Shown piece after piece: positions 52,485 to 63,878 of a stretch of DNA of 64,000 bases (the stretch's first letter is position 1; every line of letters starts with the position of its first letter). This DNA is from Tubulanus polymorphus (Eukaryota > Animalia > Nemertea). The stretch spans positions 1 to 64,000 of the forward strand of contig NW_027437442.1 of NCBI RefSeq assembly GCF_964204645.1. Direction: 5' to 3'. The translations under genes were made by a program, and so were the position numbers. The notes under the pieces were generated by a model. The model was given only the letters and a program-made list of their open reading frames with translations, did not search any database and was not told the origin of the DNA.

Positions 52485-53836
52485 GTTACTGTAATCTAAG
52501 TACAACGAGAGAATTCAAAGTATTTTTACCTGATAAATGGGTTGCATTGAGTACAGAGGAATTAAAAGATTTAGAAGGATTTAAAATAATCTATGATGGA
52601 AAAAATGAAGACGGGCATCATGATTTAGAAATTGTTGACTAAACAATTAAGAAATAAAATAATAAAAAAATAAAAATAATGTATATCAAAAATCCGAAAT
52701 GACTTGTCTGGACAATTTAATTGCTCCGTAGATAGACATAAGTAGTGGGATATTCAATTAATTAAAAATAAAAATTTTTTTTTTCTAAAATATTAATCCA
52801 TTTTTTATTGTGAATTTTAGAATTTCAGAAGTATTTTCATTTTAATAGCAGTAGTTTCAGAATTATTAATGTCATAAATTTTATTTGATTTCCTATACCA
52901 ACTACACCCAATCAAAATGAATACAACTACAAGTTACTGTAATCTAAGTACAACGAGAGAATTCAAAGTATTTTTACCTGATAAATGGGTTGCATTGAGT
53001 ACAGAGGAATTAAAAGATTTAGAAGGTAGAAGGATTTAAAATAATCTATCATGGAAAAAATGAAGACGGGCATCATGATTTAGAAATTGTTGACTAAACA
53101 ATTAAGAGATAAAATAATAAAAAAATAAAAATAATGTATATCAAAAATCCGAAATGACTTATCTGGACAATTTAATTGCTCCGTGGATAGACATAAGTAG
53201 TGGGATATTCAATTAATTAAAAATAAAATTGTTTTTTTTTCAAAAATATTTATCCATTTTTTTATTGTGAATTTTAGAATTTCAGAAGTATTTTCATTTT
53301 AATAGCAGTAGTTTCAGAATTATTAATGTCATAAATTTTATTTGATTTCCTATACCAACTACACCCAATCAAAATGAATACAACTACAAGTTACTGTAAT
53401 CTAAGTACAACGACAGAATTCAAAGTATTTTTACCTGATAAATGGGTTGCATTGAGTACAGAGGAATTAAAAGATTTAGAAGGATTTAAAATAATCTATC
53501 ATGGAAAAAATGAAGACGGGCATCATGATTTAGAAATTGTTGACTAAACAATTAAGAAATAAAATAATAAAAAAATAAAAATATTGTATATCAAAAATCC
53601 GAAATGACTTATCTGGACAATTTAATTGCTTCGTAGATAGACATAAGTAGTGGGATATTCAATTAATTAAAAATAAAATTTTTTTTTCTAAAATATTTAT
53701 CCATTTTTTTATTGTGAATTTTAGAATTTCAGAAGTATTTTCATTTTAATAGCAGTAGTTTCAGAATTATTAATGTCATAAATTTTATTTGATTTCCTAT
53801 ACCAACTACACCCAATCAAAATGAATACAACTACAA
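52485..53836. repeat. ~450-bp tandem triplication near the Polinton left end
   Basis: GTTACTGTAATCTAAGTACAACGA starts at 52485, 52933 and 53390; copies are nearly identical. Confidence 0.95.
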
Positions 53837-54560
53837 ATCCAATTGTAAAAAATATAAATATTTATCAAATATTCTATTATTAGAAGTAGTAGAAATAATA
53901 ATATTTTCACCATTTTTATTAACATTTTCATTATTTGTTTTTTCTTTAATAGCTTTTTTAAATTCTCTCGATTTAATTCATAATTGCCGAGACCATTCAA
54001 TTTGTTACCGAGTTCTCGGTTTTTCTTCACAGTTAATTCGTTCACTTCCTCCACCTCGTTCATTTATTATAGAAAAATTTTTACTTTCAATATTTGAAAA
54101 TGTTATTACTCCAGTTGATGATAATGTCACATATCCACCTAATTGAAATGATAAATATCCAATGCATTTATTCAATTCAGTCATACTAAATAATCGTTTT
54201 TTAAATCGGAATATAATCTATTTTCATCTTGAATTGGTAGCATATATTTAAATAATTTACTATAACCTTTTACTACATTTTCTGATATCGCATCATTAAT
54301 TCTAGCTATTCTCGCAGTTTCATAAATCTTAAATAATTTAATGATTTCATCTGATTTCATTGTATCTAATTCATTATAAGTTAAATTTTTACTAATAAAA
54401 CTTTTTACATTTCCCAGATGCTATTAATATTTCTAATTGATGTTGCAATAAAGATAATATTCATAATTATTGTTTGTAGTAATATTATTTAAAGCATTAT
54501 TATTATCTGGTGTTAATTTTGTTTCTGTTATACCAAAATCATCCAAAGTTTTTTCAATTG
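53806..54560 (-). pseudogene. Two small Polinton accessory ORFs, frameshifted
   Basis: LIASGKCKSFISKNLTYNELD...YETARIARINDAISENVVKGYSKL (about 54090-54560) and ORF 53806-54063 with a basic N-terminus and hydrophobic segment. Confidence 0.5.
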
Positions 54561-54766
54561 GAACATCACTATTTTTGGATTTTTTTTTCTTTTCACCACC
54601 TATTTATATAACAAAAACATTAGTTGTGTTGTTGCAACTAGAATTCAACTAGAATTTAACATAAATGTAAATAAAAATATACTAGATTAACAAGCTAGTT
54701 GAAATATTGTTGTTTTTATTTATTTCTTGTTGAATTTTATTTGATCTTTGTTTCAACTACTAACAA

Positions 54767-55715
54767 CTAGAATTCAACTAGACATCCAACCCATTTTACT
54801 AAAGAATATTTTTTTCTATTAACAGTTTTTGTTTTTAATACTTTTTCAATTTTATATTCTTGTTCTAGATTTTCAGTAGTTAAACTTAATTCTTCTTCAT
54901 AAAAATACCCATCAACTTCTTCACCATTTAAATCTTCTAATTTATAGACATGTGGTTTTGTTGTTATTACCTTTTTTATTTTATATATTTCTCGAGTAAA
55001 ATTACGATCGTATCCTGTGTCAAATATCTTTTTATACTTAGAAATTCTAACATTTTGACCAACTTTAAATTTAGGTTCACCAAAATTATCTACAAGAAAT
55101 ACCCCATATAAATTATTCCAAACAATTTCAGCATTTTCAGGTTTTCTAGCATCGATAGGTTTCATTCCAATAGAAGAACGATAAGAATTATTATAACCTT
55201 CTATCAATTTTGGTAAAACCTCGATCCATTTAAAAGTTCCATTTAATGTTCTATTAAATCGTTCAACAACTGCCGCTTTTTTATCCGATTTTGTTGAAAA
55301 ATATTCAATATTCTGATTATCTAAGAGTTCATGAACAGATGAATTATCAAATTCTTTTTCATCATCAAATTGTATTTTTTCTGGCTTTATTTTACCACCT
55401 GAAAGAAATTTTCTTAAAACATCTGATGTTTGTACAGCATCTTTTCTGTTAAGTGGGAAGCTCCATACATAACGACTAAAAAAATATCAATTACGTTTAA
55501 GATCCACCAATAATTTTCATTATCTTTCTTAACATTTTTCATATCAATTAAATCTCCTTGCCACTGTTGATCTACATAACTTACCATAGTTTTACGAGTT
55601 TTATATTTTCTAACAATCTTTTTATGTGTTGTATACGTTGGTTGTTCTAACATGAATTCATTTATATCTTTAAATTTAACTAAATTTTGTGGTATTATCT
55701 TATCTAATTTATCTT
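54767..55715 (-). pseudogene. Polinton retroviral-like (rve) integrase with C-terminal chromodomain, frameshifted
   Basis: QWQGDLIDM, WILNVIDIF, KIQFDDEKEF, KAAVVERFNRTL, YNNSYRSSIGMKP, PKFKVGQNVRISK, GYFYEEEL, YKIEKVLK...LVKWVG. Confidence 0.92.
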
Positions 55716-55719
55716 AATT

Positions 55720-55830
55720 ATCGGGATTAATATTAGAAGGATTATGAGTAATTATATGATGAGATCTTTCTGCTTTAATAGCATTAGATATTCTAGACTT
55801 CTTAGATGGATCTATATAACTCCCACTCAT
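55720..55830 (-). pseudogene. N-terminal stub of a deleted gene, possibly the major capsid protein, fused to the integrase
   Basis: MSGSYIDPSKKSRISNAIKAERSHHIITHNPSNINP starts right after the preceding ORF, then breaks into integrase sequence. The capsid assignment is motif recall only. Confidence 0.4.
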
Positions 55831-55864
55831 TTATTTGACAAAAAATTAATTATTTATTTTTTAT

Positions 55865-57268
55865 CGTATTCACTAACCCAAAAATAATAGCACTTACAAC
55901 TGTAATTAAAAATGAAATAATATGTTCAGCAGCAAAGTTAATAATACTTCCTGCAGATTTTAATATAAAACCAACAATTGATGCAATAACTCCGGGTAAA
56001 GCTTCAGCAGATTTTTTAGGTAATTCCCATAGATATTTTGCTAATTTTTTTAAACCATCTTGAACTTTATCCTGTATAGAATTATGATGACGTGGAGGTT
56101 TATCCGGTTTATTGGGTGTAAGCGTAGATTTGATGAATCTAAAATAGCGAAGCCAATTGTTGTAAATAACATAGTTACAGCTGTTAGAATTGAAAGAATT
56201 ATTATACCTTCTAGTTTAAATAATAATTTTACTCTATCTTTTAATGATATTTCAGAATTTGGTTTTATCAACAAATCTTTAAAAATAACTTTAAATCTAT
56301 TAATATTATAATCATATGATTTTTTTAATAATTTAATTTCTTCTTTTTGAAATTCTATGTTATATTCTAAATCATCTTTTTCTTTTTCTAAATATGCATT
56401 TCTTTTTTTAAATTCAATTTCTTCAATAACTTTATTATCTCTATCTAATTTTAATTGTTCTATTTCTTTAATTTTATCAGTTCTATCTTTTTCTAAAGTT
56501 CTAATTTTTTCATATCTAATCATTTTATCATGCGCAATTTTATCAGATGCAAGTCTTATACTAATAATTTATCTAATTGCTTTATCAGAAAATATATTTA
56601 AATCTTTTAATTGTTGTTCTGTTGCATCTATTAATCCATTCGGTAAAAGTTTTTCAGTTTGAACTTCGGTTGATTTAAGTTTTGGAATTAATACCTTGAA
56701 TAGGAATTGTTTCTGGTTCTAATTTTCACTGATTATCTTAAAAAAATCATCATTTCTTCGATTAAATTCTCTTCTATTTTGATTTATCTCTTGTTCTGTA
56801 ACATCAGTTATAACATCATTATTGATTTTCTTAATTCTAGATTGTTCTAATTTAATTAAAGTTGGTTTTGTTATTATTTTATCGAGACTTTTATTAAAGA
56901 TACCTTAACATAATAGTCATCTTTTAAATGCCAATAATAATCACCATTTAAATATTTTAAATCTTTTACTAAATAATTCACACCTTTATTAGTTATATTG
57001 AATCCAGATTTTTTTAATATTGCTTTAAATTTATCAGTTAATTCATCATATTCTAATTCTTTTTTTATTAAATCTGGATTTTCATTTTCAATGTCCAATC
57101 TTGAACGTAACATATTCATTAGCATCAGGTCTTGCTAAATTAGAATTATATGCTGTTTCATTATCGTTACTAAAACTTGTTTCACTAAAATCAGGCGGTT
57201 GTTCTTCAGTTATGCCGGGTTCATCAAAAGTATCCATTCCAATATCTTCTCCACCTTCTACATCCATT
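55865..57268 (-). pseudogene. Polinton coiled-coil membrane protein, fragmented
   Basis: Acidic N-terminus (MDVEGGEDIGMDTFDEPG), long coiled coil (56050-56523), SLKDRVKLLFKLEGIIILSIL, then ALPGVIASIVGFILKSAGSIINFAAEHIISFLITVV. Confidence 0.6.
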
Positions 57269-57289
57269 TATATCATATAGAAATTAAAA

Positions 57290-58687
57290 TTAAAAATAAA
57301 ATATTCCTCCTATTACAATTCCTGTACAAGTAATAGCTAATTTAGTATCTTCATGTGATATATTATGATTATTACTTTTAATTATTTCATGTTGAATATT
57401 ATCAGTTTTTATATTTTCTGTAGTATTGTAATCTTTTATTTTAGAATCATCATTTAATTTCATATCTTTAGTCTTAGTTTCTGTTGATTGAATATGTTTT
57501 TTAGTTTTTTCGCCTTCCATTAATTTTGGAGCAGTAATAATCTTTTCATTTATATCATTTAATCCAAACTTATTATTTATTGTTGCAGTTTTAATTAGAT
57601 TATAATAACCAATTATATTTCCCATTTTTAATATTAAATCATTAGAAATAATTAACAAATTAGGGCCTATACAATAATTTAATCTTACATGAGATTTATC
57701 TAGATTATTTTGGTACCTGACTATATTTTCTGGAATCGATCTATTTTTATCATTATACATAGAATCTTCAAATAAAACTTTGAATTGTTTTTGTGGATCA
57801 AATGATGTATTTTTGTATGAAATGATTCTTTCCAGTTATTGAGGATCTTGTTTTAAACGTGAGCGCCTAGTATGCAAATCAAATAAGTTCTAATTGATTA
57901 ATTTATTCTTTGTATACCTGATTTTGTTAACCCTTCACTATTTTCTAAAATAAAATAAACCCAACCATTTATATTTTCTTGTTTTAAATTATCATAGAAT
58001 TTCGGTAATTTATTGAAATTTAATGTTTCTAAATCCTTAGTTTCTATTTTCCCATAACCTAATTTATTATTATAGATATTATAAAAACTATTAGATGGTA
58101 TGGGAAGTGCACAATATTCTGCAATCTTTTTAGGGCAAGGAAGAGATCTTATTGTTCCAAGTTTTGTTCTAAAATCAGAATGATTTATATCTATATTAAA
58201 TTCATTACAAATTTTATAAAACTTTGATAAATCAATATTATTATCTAATTCCTTAAAATACCTAGATCCTGGTAAAGGGGCCTCTAATTCATTTAATAGT
58301 AATCTTATTTGCAAGTATGTATGAAATCTAAATAAAATATTGAATTAATTTATATTTTGAATTATTCAAATGATCATTCCAACTTATTCCACATCCTGTT
58401 GTAGCACAATAACCTGCAAAATTCAATTGGTTCTGCCAATACTTCATATTAGATTTTAATAACCATTGTTTTTCATCCTTCATTTTTTTTTAATTAATTA
58501 GATATACATGAAATATAATTTCCATCTTTGCATTAAAATTATTAGTTTCAGTAACATAAATATCTAAATTAATTAACAAATCTAAAATTTCATTTCTATA
58601 TGAAATATCTTTATTAAAATCTATTGCTGGAATATTATATTTAATTGATTCATTATATTGAAACACTTTTGGAAAACTATCTACCAT
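57290..58687 (-). pseudogene. Polinton protein of unknown function with C-terminal TM anchor, fragmented
   Basis: Collinear ORFs 58490-58687, 57898-58314 and 57290-57760 joined by frameshifts; NQLNFAGYCATTGCG motif near 58390-58435; ends LAITCTGIVIGGIFYF. Confidence 0.6.
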
Positions 58688-58771
58688 TTATATAATTATG
58701 AAATTAATAATTTATTAATTCTTTTAATAATTTATCTTGTTCTTCAACTGTAATATGACCATTTAAACTTA

Positions 58772-59131
58772 TTATATAATAACTGTATTTTTTGATTTAT
58801 TAATTTCTTTTATATTAGATTTTATTTTTTCTTTATAACTTTTTATATTTACTTTTGAACTTATGCCGGTGAATACACTTGAACTTAAACCTAAAGCTCC
58901 AATTGATATAGCTAAAGGTGTTAATGGACTGAATATTGCTAGAAATGTTATTACAGAACTAATTGTAACTGAACTACTAATAATAAAATAATATATAATT
59001 TTACTTTTTAAATATTTTTTCTTTTTTATCTTTAAGTCACTTTCAAATTTTTTCTGTTTTTCCAAATATAATTTCAATTCAGTTTTATTTATATCATGAG
59101 AGAATAATATCAATATTATCAACTTTATCAT
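58772..59131 (-). CDS. Polinton small two-TM protein
   Basis: Lys-rich flanks around two hydrophobic segments (IIYYFIISSSVTISSVITFLAIF; LAISIGALGLSSSVFTGIS). Confidence 0.55.
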   Translation of the reverse strand: MIKLIILILFSHDINKTELKLYLEKQKKFESDLKIKKKKYLKSKIIYYFIISSSVTISSVITFLAIFSPLTPLAISIGALGLSSSVFTGISSKVNIKSYKEKIKSNIKEINKSKNTVII

Positions 59132-59159
59132 CCAATTATTTAGAAAAGAAATTACTAAT

Positions 59160-59895
59160 TAGTAAATTCATAAGCAACAAATAATACAATAACTGTTCCA
59201 CCTAAAATCCAAATTATTTCATATTTCTGTTGTTCACTACTTGGGGTATAATAATCTGATAATTTAGGTTCGTACAAATGAAATTTTTCTTTATTTGTTA
59301 CTGCGTTATAGAAACCATCCTCCCCCGGCAGGGATTCGAACCTGATGGCATCGAGATTGCCACGGCACGAAACCCTGCAATAATCGACCGTGTGCGCAGA
59401 TACATGCGCAGTTCAGATGATGTGATTTTTAGCCAATCAGAAATCCCGTTTTATTTTAGCCCGGGTTTTCCCATTTATAGTTCTTCCTTGAAATTTGCCT
59501 CAACGATTATACAACGAGCAATCTGATTGGTGCCGCCAGTTTTCGTTCGGAAAGCTGCGCATGTACCTGCGCACCCGGTCTACTGATGCAGGGGTTCGTG
59601 CCGTGGCTGAGTGTAGCGATGCCATCAGGTTCGAGTCCCTGCAGAGGGAGGATGTATAGAAACTCATTGCATCATCAACTGATTGAAAATCTCTATGTGA
59701 TATATTTTGGTTATATAATTCTTTATCAAAAGACAAAACTGTATGGATTTAGTTTTGTCTTTTTTCTCTATGTTCTTCTGCTGCTTTATTATATTTCTCT
59801 AACGCTAAGTTATGTCTTCTTTGTTCTGCTAATGAACTATTTTTATCAATATGTTTAAATAAATAATCACCACCTGTAAATGCTAAAGCGATTAC
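59160..59895 (-). pseudogene. Polinton small membrane protein, 5'-truncated and interrupted by a MITE
   Basis: VIALAFTGGDYLFKH...EQRRHNLALEKY...DFQSVDDAMSFY|NAVTNKEKFHLYEPKLSDYYTPSSEQQKYEIIWILGG; the frame continues across the MITE TSD. Confidence 0.6.
59316..59654. mobile_element. 339-bp MITE with ~100-bp TIRs and a 9-bp TSD (Mutator-like), nested in the Polinton
   Basis: CATCCTCCC...GGGAGGATG termini; TSD TATAGAAAC at 59307-59315 and 59655-59663; GC-rich island in AT-rich DNA. Confidence 0.92.
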
Positions 59896-59896
59896 A

Positions 59897-59935
59897 ATTA
59901 TATTTTAATAATATTTGGGTATCAGCTGTTACAGA
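59897..59935 (-). other. Intein N-terminal splicing block (block A) remnant at the PolB YxD|TDS site
   Basis: In-frame ILYFD|SVTADTQILLKYN where TDS is expected; the rest is removed by a deletion. Confidence 0.7.
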
Positions 59936-62460
59936 ATCAAAATATAATATTTTAATATGTCTTTCCCCAAAAAGTGGTTGTAAAACATTATAATAAAAAT
60001 AATACATTAATAATTTTGATATTTCTAAAACAGTTGAACCAATGAATATAGGTTTATTAAATTTCATTGACGTTCTTTTTAATTTTACCGCGGTTAAATA
60101 ATCTTCAAATGTTTTATTTCCTAAATGTCTAGGACTTGATTGTAAATGTCTTAATCGTTCAGAATTATTTACTAATTCAATATCATTTCTATTTCTAATA
60201 TTTTCACATGTTTTTCCATAAAAACTATTATTCATTAATTTGAAGAAATCTTTTTCAAAATCTGTTTTAGATATTGTTCTCCGTTGAGCATTGAAATCTA
60301 TATATTTTTCCAACCACTTCGATTGATTAAATTCAATATATCTATGTACTTTCTTTAATTTCATTCCTTGTTTTAGATAAAATTGTATCATTCTATAATG
60401 AACAATATAATTGTATTTATTATTTTGTGTTAGTATCAATTTTTCTGTAAAAACATGATCTTTCGGTTTTATTTTTTTCTGGTATTCACTGAAATAACTA
60501 TCATCTACGGCCCAATGTTCTGGGCAATATGGTAAGTTTCTTGTTTTAAACTTTATGTTATCAGGATATTCTAAATCAACTACAAAGAAATAACCAATTG
60601 GTGCTTCATCTTTCAAACCCATAATTGCACTTTCCCAATCAGTTTTATCATCATTTTCAACTTCTGTTAATATAAAATTTTTGTATGGTTGAGGTTGCAT
60701 CATTGCCCAACCATATAGATTATTTGCATCAATATACAATAATTTATATTCATCATTTGCTTTAAAATGTCTATCTCCCATAACACCACTAATTCCACCT
60801 CTAATTAATTTTTCAAATAATAAAACCATGTCTGGTTCTTTTAATAAATCCAATTCTACATGTGTATATTTTGAACCATATTCCCAGGTTAAACCAGGAC
60901 TTGAATAACAATAACAAGGATCAACATTAAAATGATTAAAATTAACTTCTCCAAATTTTTCAAATATGTCAGCCAATATCATAACATCTGATTTTAAGTA
61001 TAAATCTACTAATTCTCCATGTTTTTTTTTATCTGAAAGTGATTCTTTTTCTTGAATTCACTTTTTTAGCTTGTAAATTACAATCTTCATGAGCAGCTCC
61101 ACGATAACTTTCTCTAACTTTTTTATCAAATGAATGAAAACGTTTTTCACAGTAACAACAATGAGTTGCATAATTAAAATCAATTTCATCTTCTTTTGTC
61201 ATAACTATTCTTTTATTTTTGTTTAATAATTGCGCAAAATCACTTTCTAATTCTATGATTTTATTACAAAATTCATTTACAACATTTTCACCTCCAAAAG
61301 AAATATATTGACTTTCATATAATTCAAGATAATTTGATTTTATGTAAATGCCATAAGCAGCAGCTCTTTGATGAACATTCTTAATTGTATTTATAATTGG
61401 TGGGCCTTGAATTATATCTTCATTTAGTTCATTTCCTTTATCCATTGATTTTGAAAATTGCTTTTTGTTATATATTTCTTTTCTATCTTGATCAGTTAAT
61501 TCTTTATTCAACGATTCAAAATCCCCATGAATTATACAAATGGCACTATATTCTTAAATTTATGATTAGTAAATTTCAACTTACAATCTTTTTTGTTGGC
61601 ATTTTTAATTTACAAGAATCTTTATTATCACATAATTCTTTATGTTTTAGTAACGCATTCTCAGTCATAAATTTAGATAAACATTTTCTACATAGATAAA
61701 TTTTACGATGTTGATCACTTTCTGTTGTTCTTAAGAATAAATCTATTTGTTTTAACCACACATAATGTTCATTTTCATCTTTTTTGTAATATAACAAATC
61801 TATAACATTTTCATCATCATAATATTCTGTTAAATATAAAGCTTCCGATGTATAATCTTTAATATTTTCACCTTTTGTCTCTGGTAATTGCATTAACTCG
61901 AATACATTTATTTTTAAATTATTAACTTTTTCTATTTTAGGAATCATCTTTATAGTTAGTGGATATTGATAAATTTTATATAATGTTTCATATTTCCAGT
62001 AATCTGTTATTCTACAAACATTTTCCTGAGTTGGGTGTAAGCAACTTATAATTGACCATAGAAAGCATTTATTATCTTCATTTTGAACATTTATTACTGC
62101 TTTTGTTGTAAATGGTAATTTGATATAACTTGATGCTTTAATATCCTTTTCTGTTGTAAAGTTGGAATTATTTGTAAACATCGTATTACTTTTTGATGCT
62201 TTATTCCTTTTTGTATTATAAATATTTAAATCTAAAAATATAATTTCATTCTATGTTAAACCAGAACCCTCAAAATATCTTTCTTCAATATGACGTTTAA
62301 ATTCATTAAACATTTTTTCTAATTTCTCTTTTATTTGTGTTTTTGAAATTATTTCTTCAGAGTGTGTTTGAATATTATAATCCATTTTAACTTCTGATTT
62401 GATAAAACTTACTTTTCCAGAAATACTAATTTTTGGATATTCAACATCTGTTACCAAATC
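59936..62460 (-). pseudogene. pPolB: Protein-primed family B DNA polymerase of the Polinton, fragmented
   Basis: N-terminal SYIKLP...AVINVQNEDNKCFLWSI; nuclease-like CCYC...YRGAAHEDCNL; YLKSDVMILADIFE, IRGGIS, YIDANNLYGWAM, KLMNNSFYGKT, KPIFIGSTVLEISKLLMY, ILYFD. Exonuclease core and C-terminus are missing. Confidence 0.95.
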
Positions 62461-62827
62461 TTATATTTTTTCCATGATTTCAATAAATTTACTATAATCA
62501 TCTATTGTTGCTCCTTTAAAAAATCTAAATATAATAGCAGCAGGTCCAATTTTACTGCGTAATGTTTCCAGAATTTCAATTGTATCTTTTATTTCTAGTG
62601 AATCGATATAATTTCTAACATTTTCCATATAAGGTTTATTTGAAAAAGACTTAGTTTTTGAAACTGGTTTTTTACTTGCTGAGTTTTATCATCAAAATAA
62701 TCTGTTCCTAAAATATTATTACTTAAATTTTGTTTGTGTATTTGTGATTCGAGATGTCATTTATAATTCCGTTTTGCTATAAATTCATTACAAACTTCAC
62801 ATTTTATCTCATCCACATTCATATTTT

Positions 62828-63010
62828 CTAACCTTCTTTTCTTTCATTGGAATTTTCTGGAGTTTCAAAATCTATAATATTTTTTATATGATTTGCAGTT
62901 TTTTCATATTTAGATTTATAAGATTTATCGATGTATTTTTTATAATAAGTGCAATAATATTGATTTTTATTAACACCATTGTTTTCTGTCTGGTACTCAC
63001 TATCTCCCAT
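62828..63010 (-). CDS. First Polinton ORF fragment, with a degenerate C2H2-like finger
   Basis: ATG lies inside the TIR; YYCTYYKKYIDKSYKSKYEKTANHIKN; a second finger-like piece (CEVCNEF) near 62790. Confidence 0.4.
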   Translation of the reverse strand: MGDSEYQTENNGVNKNQYYCTYYKKYIDKSYKSKYEKTANHIKNIIDFETPENSNERKEG

Positions 63011-63726
63011 TTATTAGGATAAAAAATTACTTGTGGTGATGAGTGGTGTGTCGTACTCTCGTACTCTGATCTGAAAGCCCACTTTTCCAATTACTCTCCT
63101 GTATTCTCTCCTCTCGCGGGGAATCTACGGTGCAATTTGGATAGTAACAGTCGAAAACATGTTGGGCAGATTGGGCTAATAACAATCTAAGTAGTGAATT
63201 TTTCAAGCATTCGATTAAGCTTAGAATATGGCTGATCATTTTACGCAAGATATAATGGGTAATGTTAAAACTCATGATTATTGCATGAATTATCGTATTT
63301 CTTTAGATAGTTTTGGCTTTGCGCAGTATTTATCTGATTTGCCTGACTACATGAGACCTAAGCTAACCAAGTGTCGATTGGGTTCATTTAACATCCCGGT
63401 GTTCCGTTTGAGATTTTAACGACTTTCCAGAAGTTATAAGTGTAAAATGAGCGATGAGTTTCGTGTTCTCCTGAAATGAGATCATTATTCTAATTTGCAC
63501 CAGAAACATATACCACCAAAGTTTAATTGGCGGCGGCCAAACGTTATCAAGTTCAGGGCATTGCTTAGTAAAATTAATTTCCAGAAAAATTATCCTTAAT
63601 TTCGAAGTTAATTTTGTAGGCTAGCATTGATGCAGAACTATCTCATTTATCCACGCTAGCGAAAATATTTATGAATAATTCCTCTTTTTTTCTGTAACGA
63701 AAGTATGGAAAACAGTTAAATTGAAT

Positions 63727-63878
63727 TGATCGACGTAAGCGATGTAAAAAAAAAAAAATAATTATTATTTATTTGATCGATGTGAACGATGTAAATAAAA
63801 AAAATAGTAATTAGTCATTTGATCGATGTGAACGATGTAAATAAAAAAAATAATAATTAGTCATTTGATCGATGTCAA
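63727..63878. repeat. ~46-bp tandem repeat, about 3.3 copies
   Basis: TGATCGATGTGAACGATGTAAATAAAAAAATA.TAATTAGTCATT units. Confidence 0.85.

Larger units (their letters stand above)
52231..63095 (-). mobile_element. Polinton/Maverick (adintovirus-like) element, 10,865 bp, multiply deleted
   Basis: ~96-bp TIRs at 52231-52326 and 63000-63095 with AGT...ACT termini; 6-bp TSD CTCCTG at 52225-52230 and 63096-63101; protein-primed PolB and rve integrase; sharply higher AT content; nearly all ORFs on the minus strand. Confidence 0.97.
52081..63540 (+). mobile_element. Old LINE ORF2 3' fragment split by the Polinton (52081-52230 and 63096-63540)
   Basis: TPTSMVYAKIGKLPMQYDIQNRVLK before the TSD; after it WIVTVENMLGRLG, YLSDLPDYMRPKLTKCRLGSFNIPV and DEFRVLL, matching non-LTR ORF2 C-terminal motifs. 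Confidence 0.65.

Noticed and set aside
59316-59654. tRNA genes suggested by GGTTCGA motifs here and at 10070-10220
   Set aside because: Could not fold a cloverleaf; the motifs sit in repeat arms.
56060-61699. Plus-strand ORFs inside the Polinton (56060, 56357, 59278, 59586, 61397)
   Set aside because: Antisense shadows of AT-rich minus-strand genes or MITE-derived frames.
52231-63095. Claim that this Polinton is a natively capsid-less system
   Set aside because: A deletion junction near 55715 with a gene stub means capsid, ATPase and protease genes may simply have been lost from this copy.
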